Shown here one piece after another: positions 44,713 to 58,100 of a DNA stretch of 64,000 bases (the stretch's first letter is position 1; each line of letters starts with the position of its first letter). The stretch lies in assembly GCA_014905635.1 (NCBI GenBank), contig JABVCE010000017.1, positions 1-64,000 of the forward strand. Reading direction: 5' to 3'. The notes under the pieces were generated by a model. That model saw nothing but the letters and a program-made list of their open reading frames with translations, ran no database searches and was not told the origin of the DNA. A program made the position numbers and the translations under genes. Source of the DNA: Scenedesmus sp. PABB004. Lineage: Eukaryota.

Positions 44713-47700
44713 TCAGCCCGCGCTCGTGCCGCCCGCCGTGGCGGCGGTCTCGTCATAATCCAGCCCGCCAATGAAGTCACTGCTGGGCGGCGGCGGCGGG
44801 GCCCGGCCGCCGCCGCTGCCGCTGCCGCCGCGAGCGCGCCCGCGCCGCGCGTTGGGCGGCGGCGGCGGCGGCGGTGCGGCGCCGCAGGTGACCTGCAGCG
44901 GCACGCGCAGCTCGCGCGTGAGCCCGCGCGGCTGCACGCCCCCTGCGGCTGCAGGCGGGCGCTGCTGAAAAACTGCGGGCGCGCGGGGCGGAGCGCGTGG
45001 GCGGGCGGCGGCGGGTCGTTGGGTGCTCGCAGCGGCGGCGCTCGCAGCGGCCGCGCCCCGCGCCCCGCGCGCCTAGCCGTCGCACCTGGCTGTCGCCGCA
45101 CTGGCTGCGTGAGAAGGGCCCAAACTTCAGCGTGTAGTTCAGCTGCCGGCTGCCGCAGAGCCGCGTTTGGTTGGCGAGCGCGGAGCCGTTGACCAGCGTC
45201 GGCGCGGGCGGCAGCGCGGCGGCGGGCAGGCCTGGGCGCGCGCGTGCGGGCGGGGCGAGGCGGGGCGGGTGGTGGGCGATGCGCACGGTCGCGGCGGCAG
45301 GGGCGGTCGCGGCGAGGAGAGCCGAGGCGACGCGCGGCGGTGCGCGCGCACCCGCGAGCTGCTGCGACCGCGGCAGCGGCAGCCCCGCGCCGTCGCGCTC
45401 GCGCGCCGGCGGCAGCAGCAGGCCCGCCGGCGCGGACGGCTCGACGCCAAACGCGTCGCTCAGCAGCGCGCACTCGCCGAGCACCACGCGCGCCGCGCCG
45501 CCGCTGGGGCCCAGGTGAAGGGCGCGGCGGCGCCAAGGAACGACTTGCCGGCGAGGCTCGCCGGCGCGAGCCCGGGCGTGCCCGCGGGCGGCATAACGAC
45601 CACCGGCGCGAGCAGCCCGGGCGTGGGGTTGGTGGCGTTGAACGTGAAAGCGCAGAGGATCGTGCCCGGCGCCGCGGGCAGCGTCCAGCCGCCGCCCTTG
45701 CGCGCCGCCGAGGGCGGGCAGGCCGCCTTGACGAGCACCGGCGCCTCGGCGCCGGCGAGCGAGACCGCGACGCGCACGTCGGCGACGGGCAGCGCCGCGC
45801 CGCCGGGCGCGCCCGCCGCGACGGTGCCGGCGAGGCCGTACAGCGCGTCGGCGACGCCGGGGCGGCGCGTGGCGGTGAGCGTGAACGCGACCGCCACGCC
45901 CGCGGCGCCGCCCGCGGGCAGCGACAGCGCCGCCGCGCCCTCCTCGACGGACGACGCCGGAGGCAGCGGCGCGCCGCCGCTCGCGACCGCGGCGGCCGCC
46001 GCGGACGCGCTGCCGGCGGCGCCGCGGCCGCGGGGTCGGGCGTCGACTCGGCGACGCGCGTGGCGCGCGGGGCGCCCTTGGCGTCGAGGGCCGCCTTTGA
46101 GAGCTCCCAGGTGTGGATGGTGAAGTTGAGGGGCCGGAGGTCTCGTATCGACGCGACCGCACCGTCGGCCCCGCGGGGCAGCCGGTGAAGGTCACGCTGC
46201 CCGCCGCGAGCGCCGCGTCGTCGGCCTGCGGCGACTCCTGCGGCTGCAGCGTCGCGAGCGAGAGCACCTGCGGGGGCGGGGCGGGGCGACGGGGGCGTGG
46301 GCCAGATGTGGGGCGGGAGAGGGGCGAGGCTGGGTGCGCACGCAGAGACTCAAACAAAGAAGAGTCGAGCCCGGGTCGAACCTGGTGCGTGCCGCACTGG
46401 TCGCTCTTGACCGGCCCCGCCGTGACGCGATAGGCCCACTTCTTGTCGGCGCACACGCGCGCGTCGCGCGGAGGGCCCGGCCCGCCGCCGACCGGCGGCG
46501 CCGGCTGCAGCACGTTGGCCGCGCCGCCGCCGGCCGCCGGCGGCGCGCCGCCCGCGCTCACGCGCGCGCACGCGCCGACCTCCTGCGCCGCGCTGTCCTC
46601 GAGGTCGAACGACGCGGACTTTGAGAGCGAGCCCTCCGCCTCGGCCGTCCCGCTGCGCCCCGGCGCGGCGACGAGCGACGCGCGCACCGTGCCGCGCGCG
46701 TCGCGCGGCGTGCCCTCGGGCAGCGTTATGACAAACTGGCAGCTGATGCCGGTCGGCGACTTGGCCTCACCCGCCGGCAGCAGCGTCTCGCCGCGGGCGT
46801 CGCGCGGGCAGGTCACGCGCCCCGGCACGCCGCCGCGCGCCGGCGGCGCGGCGCGCGCCGCGTCCGCGTCGCGCGCCGGCGCGTCCGCGGCCTCCTGCAG
46901 CGCCGGCGCGGCGCCGCCGCCGCCGCCCGCGCGCGCGCCCGGCGGCAGGGCGGTGAGGTCGGCGCCGCCCGCGCCCCAGCCCGGCGGCGGCGCGTCGCCG
47001 CCGCCGTCAATCCAGGGGAACAGCTCCAGCCCGCTCAGGCCGGCCGCCTGCGGCGCCGACGCCTCCAGCAGGCCCCGCGCCGCGGCGGGCCGCGCCGCCT
47101 TTGCCGGCGAAGCCGCCTTCCCCGGCGAAGCCGCCGGCGCGCTGCGGCGCTGCCGGCTGTCGGTCGCGGCAGCGCCGCCCGGCGACGACGGCGGCGGGGC
47201 GCCCGCGCCGCCGTAGTCGTCGCCGCCCTCGTCCGCGGGCGCGGGCGGGGCAATGATGGCCTCAACCGTCACCTCGCGCACCACAAAGGGCCCGCCGCTG
47301 GGGTTGAGCAGGATCACGTTGCCGGCGAGGCGGCGGCTCGTCGACTCGACGCGCCGGCTCGCCTGCGCGCGCGAGAGAGAGTGGGAGAGAGAGAGAGAGC
47401 GAGAGCCCCAGCGTGAGCGCGTGCGGCGTGTGCGGCGGCGGTGGCGGGGCGGGCGGGCGAGGCGCCTCGGCCATGTCGGGCACCGGCGCACCGCACCTGC
47501 ACCTCCATCAGCAGCACGCCGCGCTCGCCCCACTTGGCGCTGCCCTTCTCGGCCTTGGCCGTCGCGGTCACGGCCCAGGCAAAGCGCGTGATCGCGGTCG
47601 CGCTGAGCTGGCCCATGCTCACGCGCAGCACCTGCGGCGCGGCGGCGGCGCCGCGGCGCGGGTGGCGCGCGCCGCGCGGGCGGCCGCGTGGCCGCGGCGC

Positions 47701-50700
47701 GGCAAGCTGGGCGACGCGCGGCAGTCACCACGCCGCACCTGCACCGCCGGGTTGTCCTGCTTGGGCGGCGCCGGCGCCGGCGCGGCGCCCCCGCCGCGGC
47801 GCCGCAGCTCGCCGGGTTGATGGGCAGCACCGCGGCCGTGCGCGCGGTCGCGGCCGCCGCGACCGCGGCGTCGGGCGCGCCCTGCGGCCGCACCGAGGCG
47901 GTGAGGATCGCCTGCGGGCGGGGCGACGGGAGGGGCGGGCGGCGTCAGCCGCCGTCGCACGGCCGCGGCCGCCGGCGAGCCCCAGCACGCCGCGGCGCGC
48001 GCGCCTGGTGGTCGCCGCAGGTGCTCCACGACGCGGGGGCAAAGTCGGCGGCAAAGGTGAAGCTCGCGTCCTCACACATGATCTTGCCAGCACTCGGGAC
48101 GAGCGTCCCGGTCAGCGCGCCGACGGGGCCGACCACGCGCGCCGCCGCGTCGGCGGGCGACACCGCCGCAAAGCCGCGCGCGCACGCGCCGCCGAGGGCC
48201 ACGCCCGCGCCGCGGCCCGCCGACGCGGCGGCGCCGCCGGCGAACGCGAACGGCGTCGCCGCGCTGCCGCCGCCGCGCGCGCCGGCCGTGCCGGCGGCGG
48301 TGACGCGGCCGGGGATGCGAGCGGTGACGGTGCCGTCCGCCGCGCTGATCAGCGGCACCCAGAAGCTGCGGGGGACACACGTGGCACACGGCGGGCGGGC
48401 GGGCGGCGGCGGGGCGCTGAGACCGCGCGCGCGCGTCAGGCGTGCGACGCGCCCGGCGCGGCGTGGCGCAGCGCGGCGCGGCGCGGCGCGGCGCGGGCTG
48501 CGGACGCGCCTGCAGGTGATGCTGCCGCCGCCGGGGACGCGCAGCGGCACCGCGGCGCGCGCCGTGCGGCCGGCGCAGTCGAGCGCGACGGACTTGGCCC
48601 CGTCGCCGACGCCGCCGACGACCGACAGCTCCAGCCCCGGCAGCGTGACGACCTGGCGGTTGGGGTTGGTCACCACGACCGTGCCGGCGACGTACGGCCC
48701 CGCCGCCGCGGGCGCCTTGGAGAAGGCGACGGTGAACGCGACGCGCCCGGGCGACCGGCCGTCGCCCGGCAGCGCGAGCGCGGCGGCGGGGTCGCTTGAC
48801 GCCGCGACCGACCAGAGGAAGCTGCTGCTGCTGTCGCCGCCCACACGGTACCCGGCGGCCGAGGCGACCTCGACGCTCACCGCCGACAGCGCCGCGGCCG
48901 GCGGCGGCGGCGGCGGCGCGGCGCCGGCGGCGGCGCCGGCGGCGGCGCCGTCCCCGCCGGCGGGGCGGCGCCGCCGCGTCTCGGCCGCCGGCGGCCGGGC
49001 GGCGCCGGCGCGGCCGGGCACGGGCGCGGACGCGGGGGGCTGGCCGCCGCCGGTCGCCGGCGCGGGCGCCGACGGCACGGGCGTCGTCGGGGCCGGCGCG
49101 CCGCCGCCGCTCGAGGTCGGCGGCGGAGGCGGCGGCGGCGCGCCCGTGGGCGCGGGCGTGCCGCCCGGCGCCGGCGCTGCGGCCGCGGCGGCGCGGCGGT
49201 TGGGGCGGCGCGCGGCGGTCGGGCGCTGCCGCGCGCGTGCGTGCGCGCACGCGCGCGGCCCCGCCTGGACGCACCTGGCTGCGGCACCGGCGCGGGCACT
49301 GGCGTGATTGCTGGGGTGCCCGAGGGACCCTGAGCGCGCGGGGACGGGGGCAGGGAGGAGTTGAGGTAGAGCCGCAGGTGAGCGCGCGCGCGGGGCGGGG
49401 CCTTGGACGGTCGCGCGAGCCCGCTCCGCGCGAGCGCCGCGCGCGCGAGCTCCGCGCGCACGCGCGGCCGCCCGCGCTCACCGGGACGGGCACTGGGACG
49501 GGCACCGGGACTGGCGCCGGGACCGGCACAATGACTGGCGTCCCGCCGGGCACCGGAACCGGCACCGGAACGGGCGTCGGCGTTGGGTTCGGCGTTGGCG
49601 TCGGCGTTGGATTCGGCGTCGGAGTGGGCGTGGGCGTCGGCGTTGGCGCCACGCCCGGGGGCGGCGGCGGCGGTGGAGGCGGCGGGCTCGGCGGCGGCGG
49701 GCTCGGCGGCGGCGGCGGCGGCGGCGCGACCCAGCCCGGCGGGTTGGGCGGCGGCGGCGGCGGGCTCGGCGGCGGCGGCGGCGCCGGGGGCTCGGCGGCG
49801 GCGGGGGCGGGCTCGGGGGCGGGCTCGGGGGCGCCTGGTTGGCGCAGCTGGTGATGGCGACCTTGACCTCGTTGATGGGCAGCGTGGTGGCCGGCTGCGC
49901 CGACGCAATCGGCGTCAGCGAGGGCTGCGTCTGGATCTGCGCGCCCGGGCGCGCGGCGGCGGCGGCAGGCACGCGGGCGGGCGGGGGCGGCGGTCGGTCG
50001 TAGGGGGAGGCCCATTTTTGGCGCGCGTGACGCTCCGCGGCCCCGCCCCTCGTCAATCCATGCAGATCCGCGCACCAGGAAGCTGCTGCAGGAGGTCTGC
50101 GTCGTCGAGGGCAGCGTCATGACCCAGCTAAAGTTGGCGGGGCCGCAGATGCGCGTCCCCGGCGACCCGCTCTCGGGGCGGCGCCCCGTGTCGGGCGGCC
50201 ACGCCTCCCAGGTCGGCTGCGTCGGCGTCGTCGCCTGCAGCACCGCGTCGCGCACAAACGCGCAGTCGCCGGCGAGCTGCGGCCGCGCGCGCGCGTGGGC
50301 GTGCGTGTGGGAGCGGCGACAGGTGGCGCCGTCGCTCGGCGAGCGGCGGCGGCGGCGGTTTCGCGCGCCTCCCCCGTCCCCGCGCGCGTCGCCGCACCCC
50401 GGCCGCCGTGTTGCCGCCGACCGGCTGCGCCAGGTCAAATTGGAAGTTCAGCGTGTTTGAAAGGTCGTTGCCGCCGCCGGCGGCGCCGTACGAGACGTTG
50501 GCCTGGCGCCGCGGCGGCGCGCGCGGCGGCGGGCGCGGGCGGGGTCGGCGACGGTGCTGCTGGGCGCAGCGCGCTCGCGTGCCCCCACGCACACACACAC
50601 GCCGCCCCCCGCGCGGCGGCGGCGCGCCTGCAGCTCAAAAACGCGGTTGGACGACCCCTCGCCGAGCAGGGAGCCGTTGATGCCCGCCGACTGGCTGCCA

Positions 50701-51515
50701 AAGGGGTTGGGGAACGTGAACGTGCAGTTGACGGTCGCGTTGGCCCACGCGTTGGGCGGCGACCCCGCCGCGTCGCTGACCTGCAGCAGCTGCGCGTAGG
50801 GGCAGTTTGCGGCCGCGGCGAGGAAGGTCGTGGTGCCCTGCCGTATGCCCACGGTGACGGCGTTCCACACGACCGGCGTCGTGCTGCCGGGCAGGCGGCG
50901 GAGCAGCACGTTGCCGCGCAGCGCGCCGGTGAAGGAGCTGACGATGCGCGTCGCGTTGAGCGTGTACAGCACCTGCACGCGCGTGGGTGGTGCGCGTGGG
51001 TGGTGTGCGCGTTGCGCGTGCGGCCCCACGGCACGGAGGGTCAGGGCGAGGGCGGTCGGCGGGGCGCCGGCCGGCGGCCGCCGCTCGCGCGCCGCGCCGC
51101 GCCGCCCGCGCGCGTCGCGCAGCAGCAGCCCCGGCGCCCGCCCCGCAGCCCCTCCCGACCCCGGCCGCGGCGCCGCGGCGCCAGCGCCACGCCGCTGCCC
51201 GCGCGCCTTGCGGCTCTCAAAGTAGGGGTAGCTGATCGTGCCGGTCGTGCCGTTGCTGGTCTGCTGGAGGCCCCACTGGAAGCGCACGTCGGCGACCTTC
51301 TCCGTCAGCGGCTCGATCAGCTGCACGTCCACCAGCGCCGCCCGCGCCGGCGCCGCGCCGAGCGACGCGGCGATGACGAGCGCCGCGAGCAGCAGCAGCT
51401 GCCGCGGCGGCAGCCGGCGGCGGCGGCGCGCTGGAGCCGGCGCCGCTCCTCGCTGACCGCGCGGGCGGCACGGCACCGCGCGGCAGGGGGCCGGCGTGCT
51501 GCCCTGTGACGCCAT
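44713..51515 (-). CDS. Large secreted, probably cell-wall hydroxyproline-rich glycoprotein with ~4 repeated globular modules; many exons
   Basis: Signal peptide LLLLAALVIAASLGAAPARA; SPPPP, (PT)n and (PV)n linkers at ~49480-49830; recurring F/H-x-W and Cys motifs. Contains at least one apparent indel (~46155). Confidence 0.65.
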
Positions 51516-52230
51516 GTGCGCGTTCTCAGTGCGCCTGCGGCGGCGCCGGCGGCGGCGGCGTGAGGCGGCACCGGCGGCACCGGCAGCGGGCTGCCGCTGC
51601 TGCCGCGCGCGCCCGCGCGCCGCCGCCGCCGCCGCGGCTGCCGCTGGGCCGCCGGGCGGCAGCTTCACAGCCATGCCGACCGCGGGGAGGGCCCAGGCCG
51701 CTGCTGCAGCGCCCCTGGGCCGGCCGGGGCTGCTGCGCGAGCCGCGGCCAGCTGCTCACCCCCCGCGCAACAACGCGCGCGCGGCGTGCCCGCTGGCGCT
51801 GTCAGTCGACCCGGCGTCGTCCGTCGTCACCACAACGCGGCCGCCGCTGCCTGGCGCGCCGCAGGCTCACCATGGCGCTCGCGGGAGCTGTTCCTCACCG
51901 CCCGCGCGGCAGCGCGCGTCGCATGGAGCGCGAGTGCCGACGGGACGGTCGATCGGCGTCGTAGGACCACACCGAACAAGTGCGACGGCGCGAGGGGCCG
52001 GCGCTGGCTCGGGAGGGGCGCTCGCGCCTCGGCAGGCTCGGGTGCGCGCAGGCGCGGCGTGGCGGGCCGTGCGCGTGCCACGGAGTCGTGCGTGCCGCGG
52101 CCAGCGCGCTGGAGGGCGGCCTGGGGTCCGCGCGACGGCGCGGGGCGCGGACCACCTGCTGGCCTGCCGCCGAGCACGCAGCTCAGCCCGTCGCAGCCCG
52201 CAGAGTTGTTGCCGGCAGCACCGCCGCCCA

Positions 52231-54705
52231 TCACTCACTCCCGCCGCCGGCGAGCCGCACGCGCCGCGTCCGGCCGCTCGCCCCCGCCGCGGGCGAGGCA
52301 GGCGGCGGCGCCGCCCGTGCCCCCGCCGCAGCTGCCTGCTGCTCGGTACCGCCGTCGCTCAGCTGCCGCCGCGCCCGCTTGCGCGCCTGCGGCGCCGCCT
52401 GATGCGCGCCGGGCGGCCGGCCGCGCAGCGCCGCGTCCACGCGCCCCGCCAGCCAGCGCTGCCGCTCCTCCGCGCTGCGCAGCGCGTCCCACTCAAACCA
52501 CGGCACCACCACCAGCGCGTAGCCCCGCGCCGCCAGCGCCCGGTTCCTGCGCGCGCGGCGGCAGCAAAGGCAGGCGGGCGGGCAGCGTGTGAGCGGGGCC
52601 TGCCCGCGGGCGCGCGTGTGGGCTGGCCAGCGGTGCCCAGCCGCGGCAGCGCCCGCACCTGAACCGCGTCTCCCCCGTGAGGCCGCGGCCGGGCGTCCTG
52701 AAGTGCGTGGGCCCGTCCGCCTCCACCGCCAGCCGCGCGCCGCCCGCCGTCGTGGCGGCAATGTCGACCAGGCACGCGCCGTCCGGCGCCGCCAGCTGCT
52801 CCATCGCCGGCGGCGCCGCCCACTCCAGCGGCAGGCGCTGCAGCGCGGCAAACACCTCGCACTGAAACTGGCCGGGCTGCTGCTGCTGCGTCGCCGCCAG
52901 CGCCGCCGCCCACGCCGCGCGGCAGGCCTCCAGCTGCTGCGGCGTCAGCGCGTGCCCCAGCCCCGGCCTCCCGGCACCGCCCGGCAGATGCGGGCCGCAG
53001 TCCGTCGCCCACAGCTGCACCTGGTGCAGCTGGCGCAGTTCCTCAGGTGCCATGGCACCCCACTGCGCGCTCGCAGCGCGCGCCAGCACCGCCAGCTCGC
53101 CTGCGCACTGCCGCAGGTCCAACACCGCCACAGCCCAGCACGTGTTGGCCAGCTCCTGCCCTGGCCAGCTGGCGCCCGCCTGCACCTGCGCCGCCGCCCG
53201 CCGCAGCAGCGGGCCCAGCAGCCACTCGTCCGCGTGGCCCAGCTGGGCGCAGGCCAAGGCAATGTTGGCAAGGGCTTGAGCATTGCTGCCCGCCAGCAGC
53301 CGCTCCAGCTGAGCCGGCTGGCGCACCAACGCTTCGAGCAGCTGGGACGGCAGGTGACGCAGCTGCCCGCACGCCCAGAGCGTGTTGGCCACGTTTTGAA
53401 GCGTGGCCGTGCCCAGCTGCCGCTCCAGCGCCGCCAGCAGGTGCTCCAGCTGCGGCTGCGGCACTCCGCGGCCCACTTTGGCCACCGCCCACAGCGCGTT
53501 GGCCACAGCCTGGGGCGTGGCCGCACCAAGTTGCCGATCGAGCGCCGCCAGCAGCTGCTCAAGCTGCCGCTGCGGCACCGCGCGACCCATGGTCGCCACC
53601 GCCCACAGCGTGTTGGCCACGTCCTGGGGCTTGGCCGCGCCCAGCTGCCGCTCCAGCGCCGCCAAGAGCCGCTGCACGTCGCCTTGCTCCAGCGCCACGC
53701 CAGCCTTGGCCGCGCCGTGCGCCGCATTGGCCAGGTTCTGGGCGTCGGCGTCGCGCTGCTCAGGGGCCAGGAGCTGCGCCAGGCAGGCCGTGAGCAGCGG
53801 CCCGCCGTAGCCGCACACGCCGGCCGCCCACACCACGTTGGACAGCTGACGGCAGCGGCACGCCTGCAGGAGCGCCGGCTGCAGCAGCTGCTCCTCCACG
53901 CGCCGCAGCAGCTGCTGCGCCACGGCCTGGTCGGCGCTGGTGCGGATGACGCCGCGCCGCACCCACTGGCCCAGCTGCGCGGCCGTCGCCGCCAGGTGGA
54001 CGTGGTTGAGGCTGCCCGCGTGCTGCTCCAGCAGCTGCTGCAGCCGCTCCACGCTGTCTGCGGCCTTGATCCGACTGGTGAGCTGCGCAGGGTGAAGGCC
54101 CTGTGATAAGCAGACGAGCGAGGCGCGCGGCGTCAGGGCCGGGGCCAGGGCGCGCAGCGGCTCCGCTGCACCGGCGGCCCCTGCGCGCGATCCACGCAGA
54201 CGCACCTTGCCGCCGGGCGCCACCGTGCGCTGCCAGCCCGGGCCGCCACCGCTGCCACAGCCGCTGCCGCCGCCCCTGCCGCGCTGGGGCCGGCCGCCCT
54301 CCTGCTGCTGGTGCTGCTGCTGCTGTCCCCTGCCTCGCTCAGGGGTCAGGCTGCCACCGACGCGGCCGCCCCGCGCCGGCTGTCGTCCCCGCCGCGCCCC
54401 CGGCCTGTGCTGCTGCTGCGGCTGCTGGGCTCACCGCCACCGCCAGCAGCGGCCGCGGCGCACACCCAGACCGGCGTGGCCTCGCGAGGAGACGCCAGCG
54501 GCGGCCGCGGCGCCCTGGCGCGGCCGCTGCTCACGAGCTGGCCGGCGGGCGGCGCGCAGCACGGCCGGCGGCGCGGCGCGGCGACCGCCGCGCGGCCTCG
54601 GCAGCCCTCCGGCGCCGCTGCCCCTGGGCTGCCGGCCGGCCAGCCGCCGCCGCGCGGCCGCCCCGCCGGGGCGCCGAGGCCACCGCTGCTCCCCAGCGCC
54701 CGCAT
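52231..54705 (-). CDS. OPR-RAP protein copy 3 (2 core repeats); exons 54705-54206, 54100-52659, 52546-52231; 1-nt frameshift near 54386
   Basis: Homologous to copy 1, including exon 1 and the upstream flank. RAP motif LAVEADGPTHF...RNRALAARGYALVVVPWFEW. Confidence 0.8.
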
Positions 54706-55184
54706 CGCCCTGCCGACACCGCGGGCTGCCGGGCCGCGGTGCTGCGAGCGCTCCTAGATCAAGTACCGCACGCGACCGCCCACGCCAGCCGCGCCAGGGC
54801 CAGGCGCGCCGCCGGCCGCTGCTGCGCTGGGCCCGCCTCCCCACTGCGCGCCCGGCCGCCCGGGCGACGGCGGACGGCAGCAGGCGCGCTGGCAGGGGTG
54901 GGCGCCGAGCGCAGGCGGCTGCGGCGGCCGCGGCGGCGCGGGGCGCGAGCGGCGGGCCGCTGCTGCTGCTGGCGAGCGGCGCGGGGGGCGGAGGAGGTGG
55001 GGGGCTGGCGCACTGGCACTGGGCTTGGGTTTGGGCAGGTCGCCGCACCGGGCAGAGCGCGCCGCGCGGGCTGAACCCCCTGCCGCCGCCCGACGCACGC
55101 GGCGCTCGCTCGCGCGCCGGCGCCGTTTACCCGCTGGCGCCACCGCCGCCGCGGCGCGCACGCACGCCGCACGCCGCGGCCGGC

Positions 55185-58100
55185 TCAGCGCGTGACCTTG
55201 TACGACCGCACCTGCTTGAGCAGCGCCGCGGCGTCCTTGTTGTTCGCAAAGTGGCTCCGCACCGGCTCGAGTATCGCGTTGAGCGACCGCGCCAGGCTGG
55301 GCTTGAGGTCGCCTGGGGTTGATAGGGCACGCGGACGGGCACACGGGCGTCGGCGGGGGCGGCGCGGCGGTCGGCGGTCGGCGGTCAGCGGTCGGCGGTC
55401 GGCGCGCACGCCGCGCGGCCGCGCAGCGCCCAGCGACCGCCGCCACGCCGCGCCCCGCGCGCCCCCCACCTGGGTGCAGCGCGCCGCTCGCGTAGTCGGC
55501 GGCCAGGTCCTCCACGCTCTCGTAGGTGCGGTCGCCGCCGTTGGCCGCCGCGCGGGTGAGCTCAAACTTGCCAAACCAGGGGAACACGATGTGCGCGATG
55601 TATTCGAGGCAGGGGTTGCCCTCGACCACCTGCGGTTTAGGGGGTGCAGGGTTTAGGCGGCGTCAGGGGCGGCGGCGGGGGCGTCACGCGTGGCGGCGGG
55701 CGCGGCGGCGGGCAGCGGGGCGGCACGCGCGCGGCGCGCGGGCGGGCGTCGGGCGCGGCGGGCCCTGCACGCGCGACCAATGTCCCGGCGCGGGCGGCGG
55801 GCGGCGCGAGGGAGAGCGGGAGAGGGACGGAGCCAGCGCCGCCGGCCGCGGCCCCGGCGGCGGCCGCGGCGGCGGCCGCAGCGGCGGCCGCGGCGACGGG
55901 CGACAGTCGTTCACGCCGCCGCCGCCGCCGGCGCGCGCGGCGGTGTGCGCGCGCGCGCGCGCGGTGCGCGCGCGCCTGGGGCGGGCAGAAGGCCTTTTTG
56001 ATCTTTGCGTTGACGTCCGCCTCGCTGTCCTCCATGAAGATGGCGCTGTTGGGGTCGCTCTTGCTCATCTTCTCCTGGCCCTGCGGCGCGCCAGTGAGGG
56101 TGGCGTGAGGGTGAGGGCGCGTGGGCGTGTGGGCGCGATGCGGCGGTGGCAACGAGCGGCGACGTCTGGTTGGAGCGCGGAGCACCATTGCATGGTGCGC
56201 GGAGCAATGGTGCTGGGCAGGCGCGCGAGAGCGCGCGCGCCGCGCAACGACGGACGACACGCCCCCGCCGCGCGCCGCCCCCGCGCCGTGCCGCCCCCGA
56301 GCCCTTGCCTCGAGCAGGCCGGGCATCATGCGGTGTGAGAGGATGATGGGCTTGACCTTGCGCTTCGTCGCGTCGCAGTACTCGCGCGCGAGCATGTTGA
56401 CCTTGCGCTGGTCAAGCCCGAGCTGGCAGATGTCGGCCTGGGGTGGTCCCGGGGTGTTCAGCGGGGGGTGTTCAGCGGGGCGGGCGCGGGCGGGTGAGGT
56501 ACGGGGTCGAGCGCGGCGCGCGGCACGGGGGGAGCGGAGGCTCGCGGGCCGCGGCGCGCGCGCGCGCGCCGGCGGCGGTCAAACGCAGCAAGAAAACGTT
56601 GATCAATCAAACTGACGGTCAAATTAACGGTCTGAAAGCAACACGTAACGGTCAAGTAACGGTCACCTTGAGGAAGAAGATGTCGGCGCACTGCATGACG
56701 GGGTACATTATCTGCGCCGCGCTCAGGTCGTCGCTCTCGCCGCGGCCCATGATCTGGCTGCGCTCGCGTGAACGCGCGTGCGTGTGTGCGTGTGCGTGTG
56801 CGTGTGAGCGCGCGGGGGCGTGTGGGTGGTGGGTGGGCAGGCGCGCGGCGCGCGCGGCGCACGGCGCGCTTGCACAAGCACGACACAAACACACACGCGT
56901 GCGCGCACACACGCACAAGCACACAAAGCACCGCAGCGACGCGCCTGCAGCGAACGATGCGCTTGAGGTTGTTGCGCCGCGCGATGTCCATCACGAGCGT
57001 CCAGTACTCGTCGGGGCGGGCGTTGATCTCCTCGCTGCTGTTGATGAACTGCACGCGCCCCAGGTCCATGCCGACGGCCTTCCACACCTGCGGACCGCGG
57101 CGTGTGTGGGCCGCGTGTGAGCCGCGGTGGACCGCGGTGGGCCGCGGATGCGGCGGACGCGGGAGGAGGAGGGGGAGGAGGGGCACGGGAGGCGGTGCGG
57201 GGGGCGTGTGGAGAGGGGCGGGAGGAGCGAGGGGGGGGGGGGGGGCGCGCCGGCGGCGGCGGCGCCGCGCGGTCAGGGAGGCATGGCCCGCGCGCCGGGC
57301 GCGGCGCCCGCGCGGGGCGCGGCGAGCCCCAGCGGCTCACCGGGGCGCATGGCGCCCATGTGGGCCTGCAGGCAACAACAAGGGCGCCACGCGCCCGGGC
57401 GAGCCGCGGGGGCCAGCCAGCCCCCGCGCGCGCGCGCGCTCCCCGCCCCGCCCCGCCGCCGCGGCCGCCGCGCCCGGCCCTGCCGGCGCCCTGGGGCGCC
57501 GGCACGCCCCCCTCGAGCCCTTGCCCAGCCCTGGCGTGCGGCCCGCGTCGCCGCCCCCGCCTGCCGACCCCCGCCTGCCGAACCCCGCCGGCGCCTCGAC
57601 CCGCGCTCTGTCGACCCTCAACCCCACGCCGTGCCTATTCCCTAAACCCCGCGCTCCGTCAACCCTAAACCCCGCGCTCCTTACACGCTAAACCCCGTGC
57701 CGCACCTCGACCATGTAGCGCCCCACGGTCTGGATCTTCTTGAGGTCGCCGCCCATCTTGTTGTTGAGCTGAGGCAGGCGGGCAGACAGGCAGGCGGGCG
57801 GGCGGGCAGACGGGCAGGCGGGCAGGCGGGCGGGCGGGCGAGTGAGGGAGAGACGGGGGTTGAGGGCGGCGCCGCGGGGCGCGCAGCAGGCTCCAGCGCG
57901 CCCCGGTTGCGTGGCCCCGCGCGCGTGAGCCTGCCCGGCGCTCCCCTGCCACCCACCCACAGGCACACAGACACACACGCGCGCCCGCCACGCCGCCCGC
58001 ACCTGCGCGAACCAGTCGGCGACCCAAAACTTGAACGTCACCCCGCACCGCGTGAGCTTGTTCACATTGATGGCCTTCAGCACGCCCTGCGCGCGTGTGT

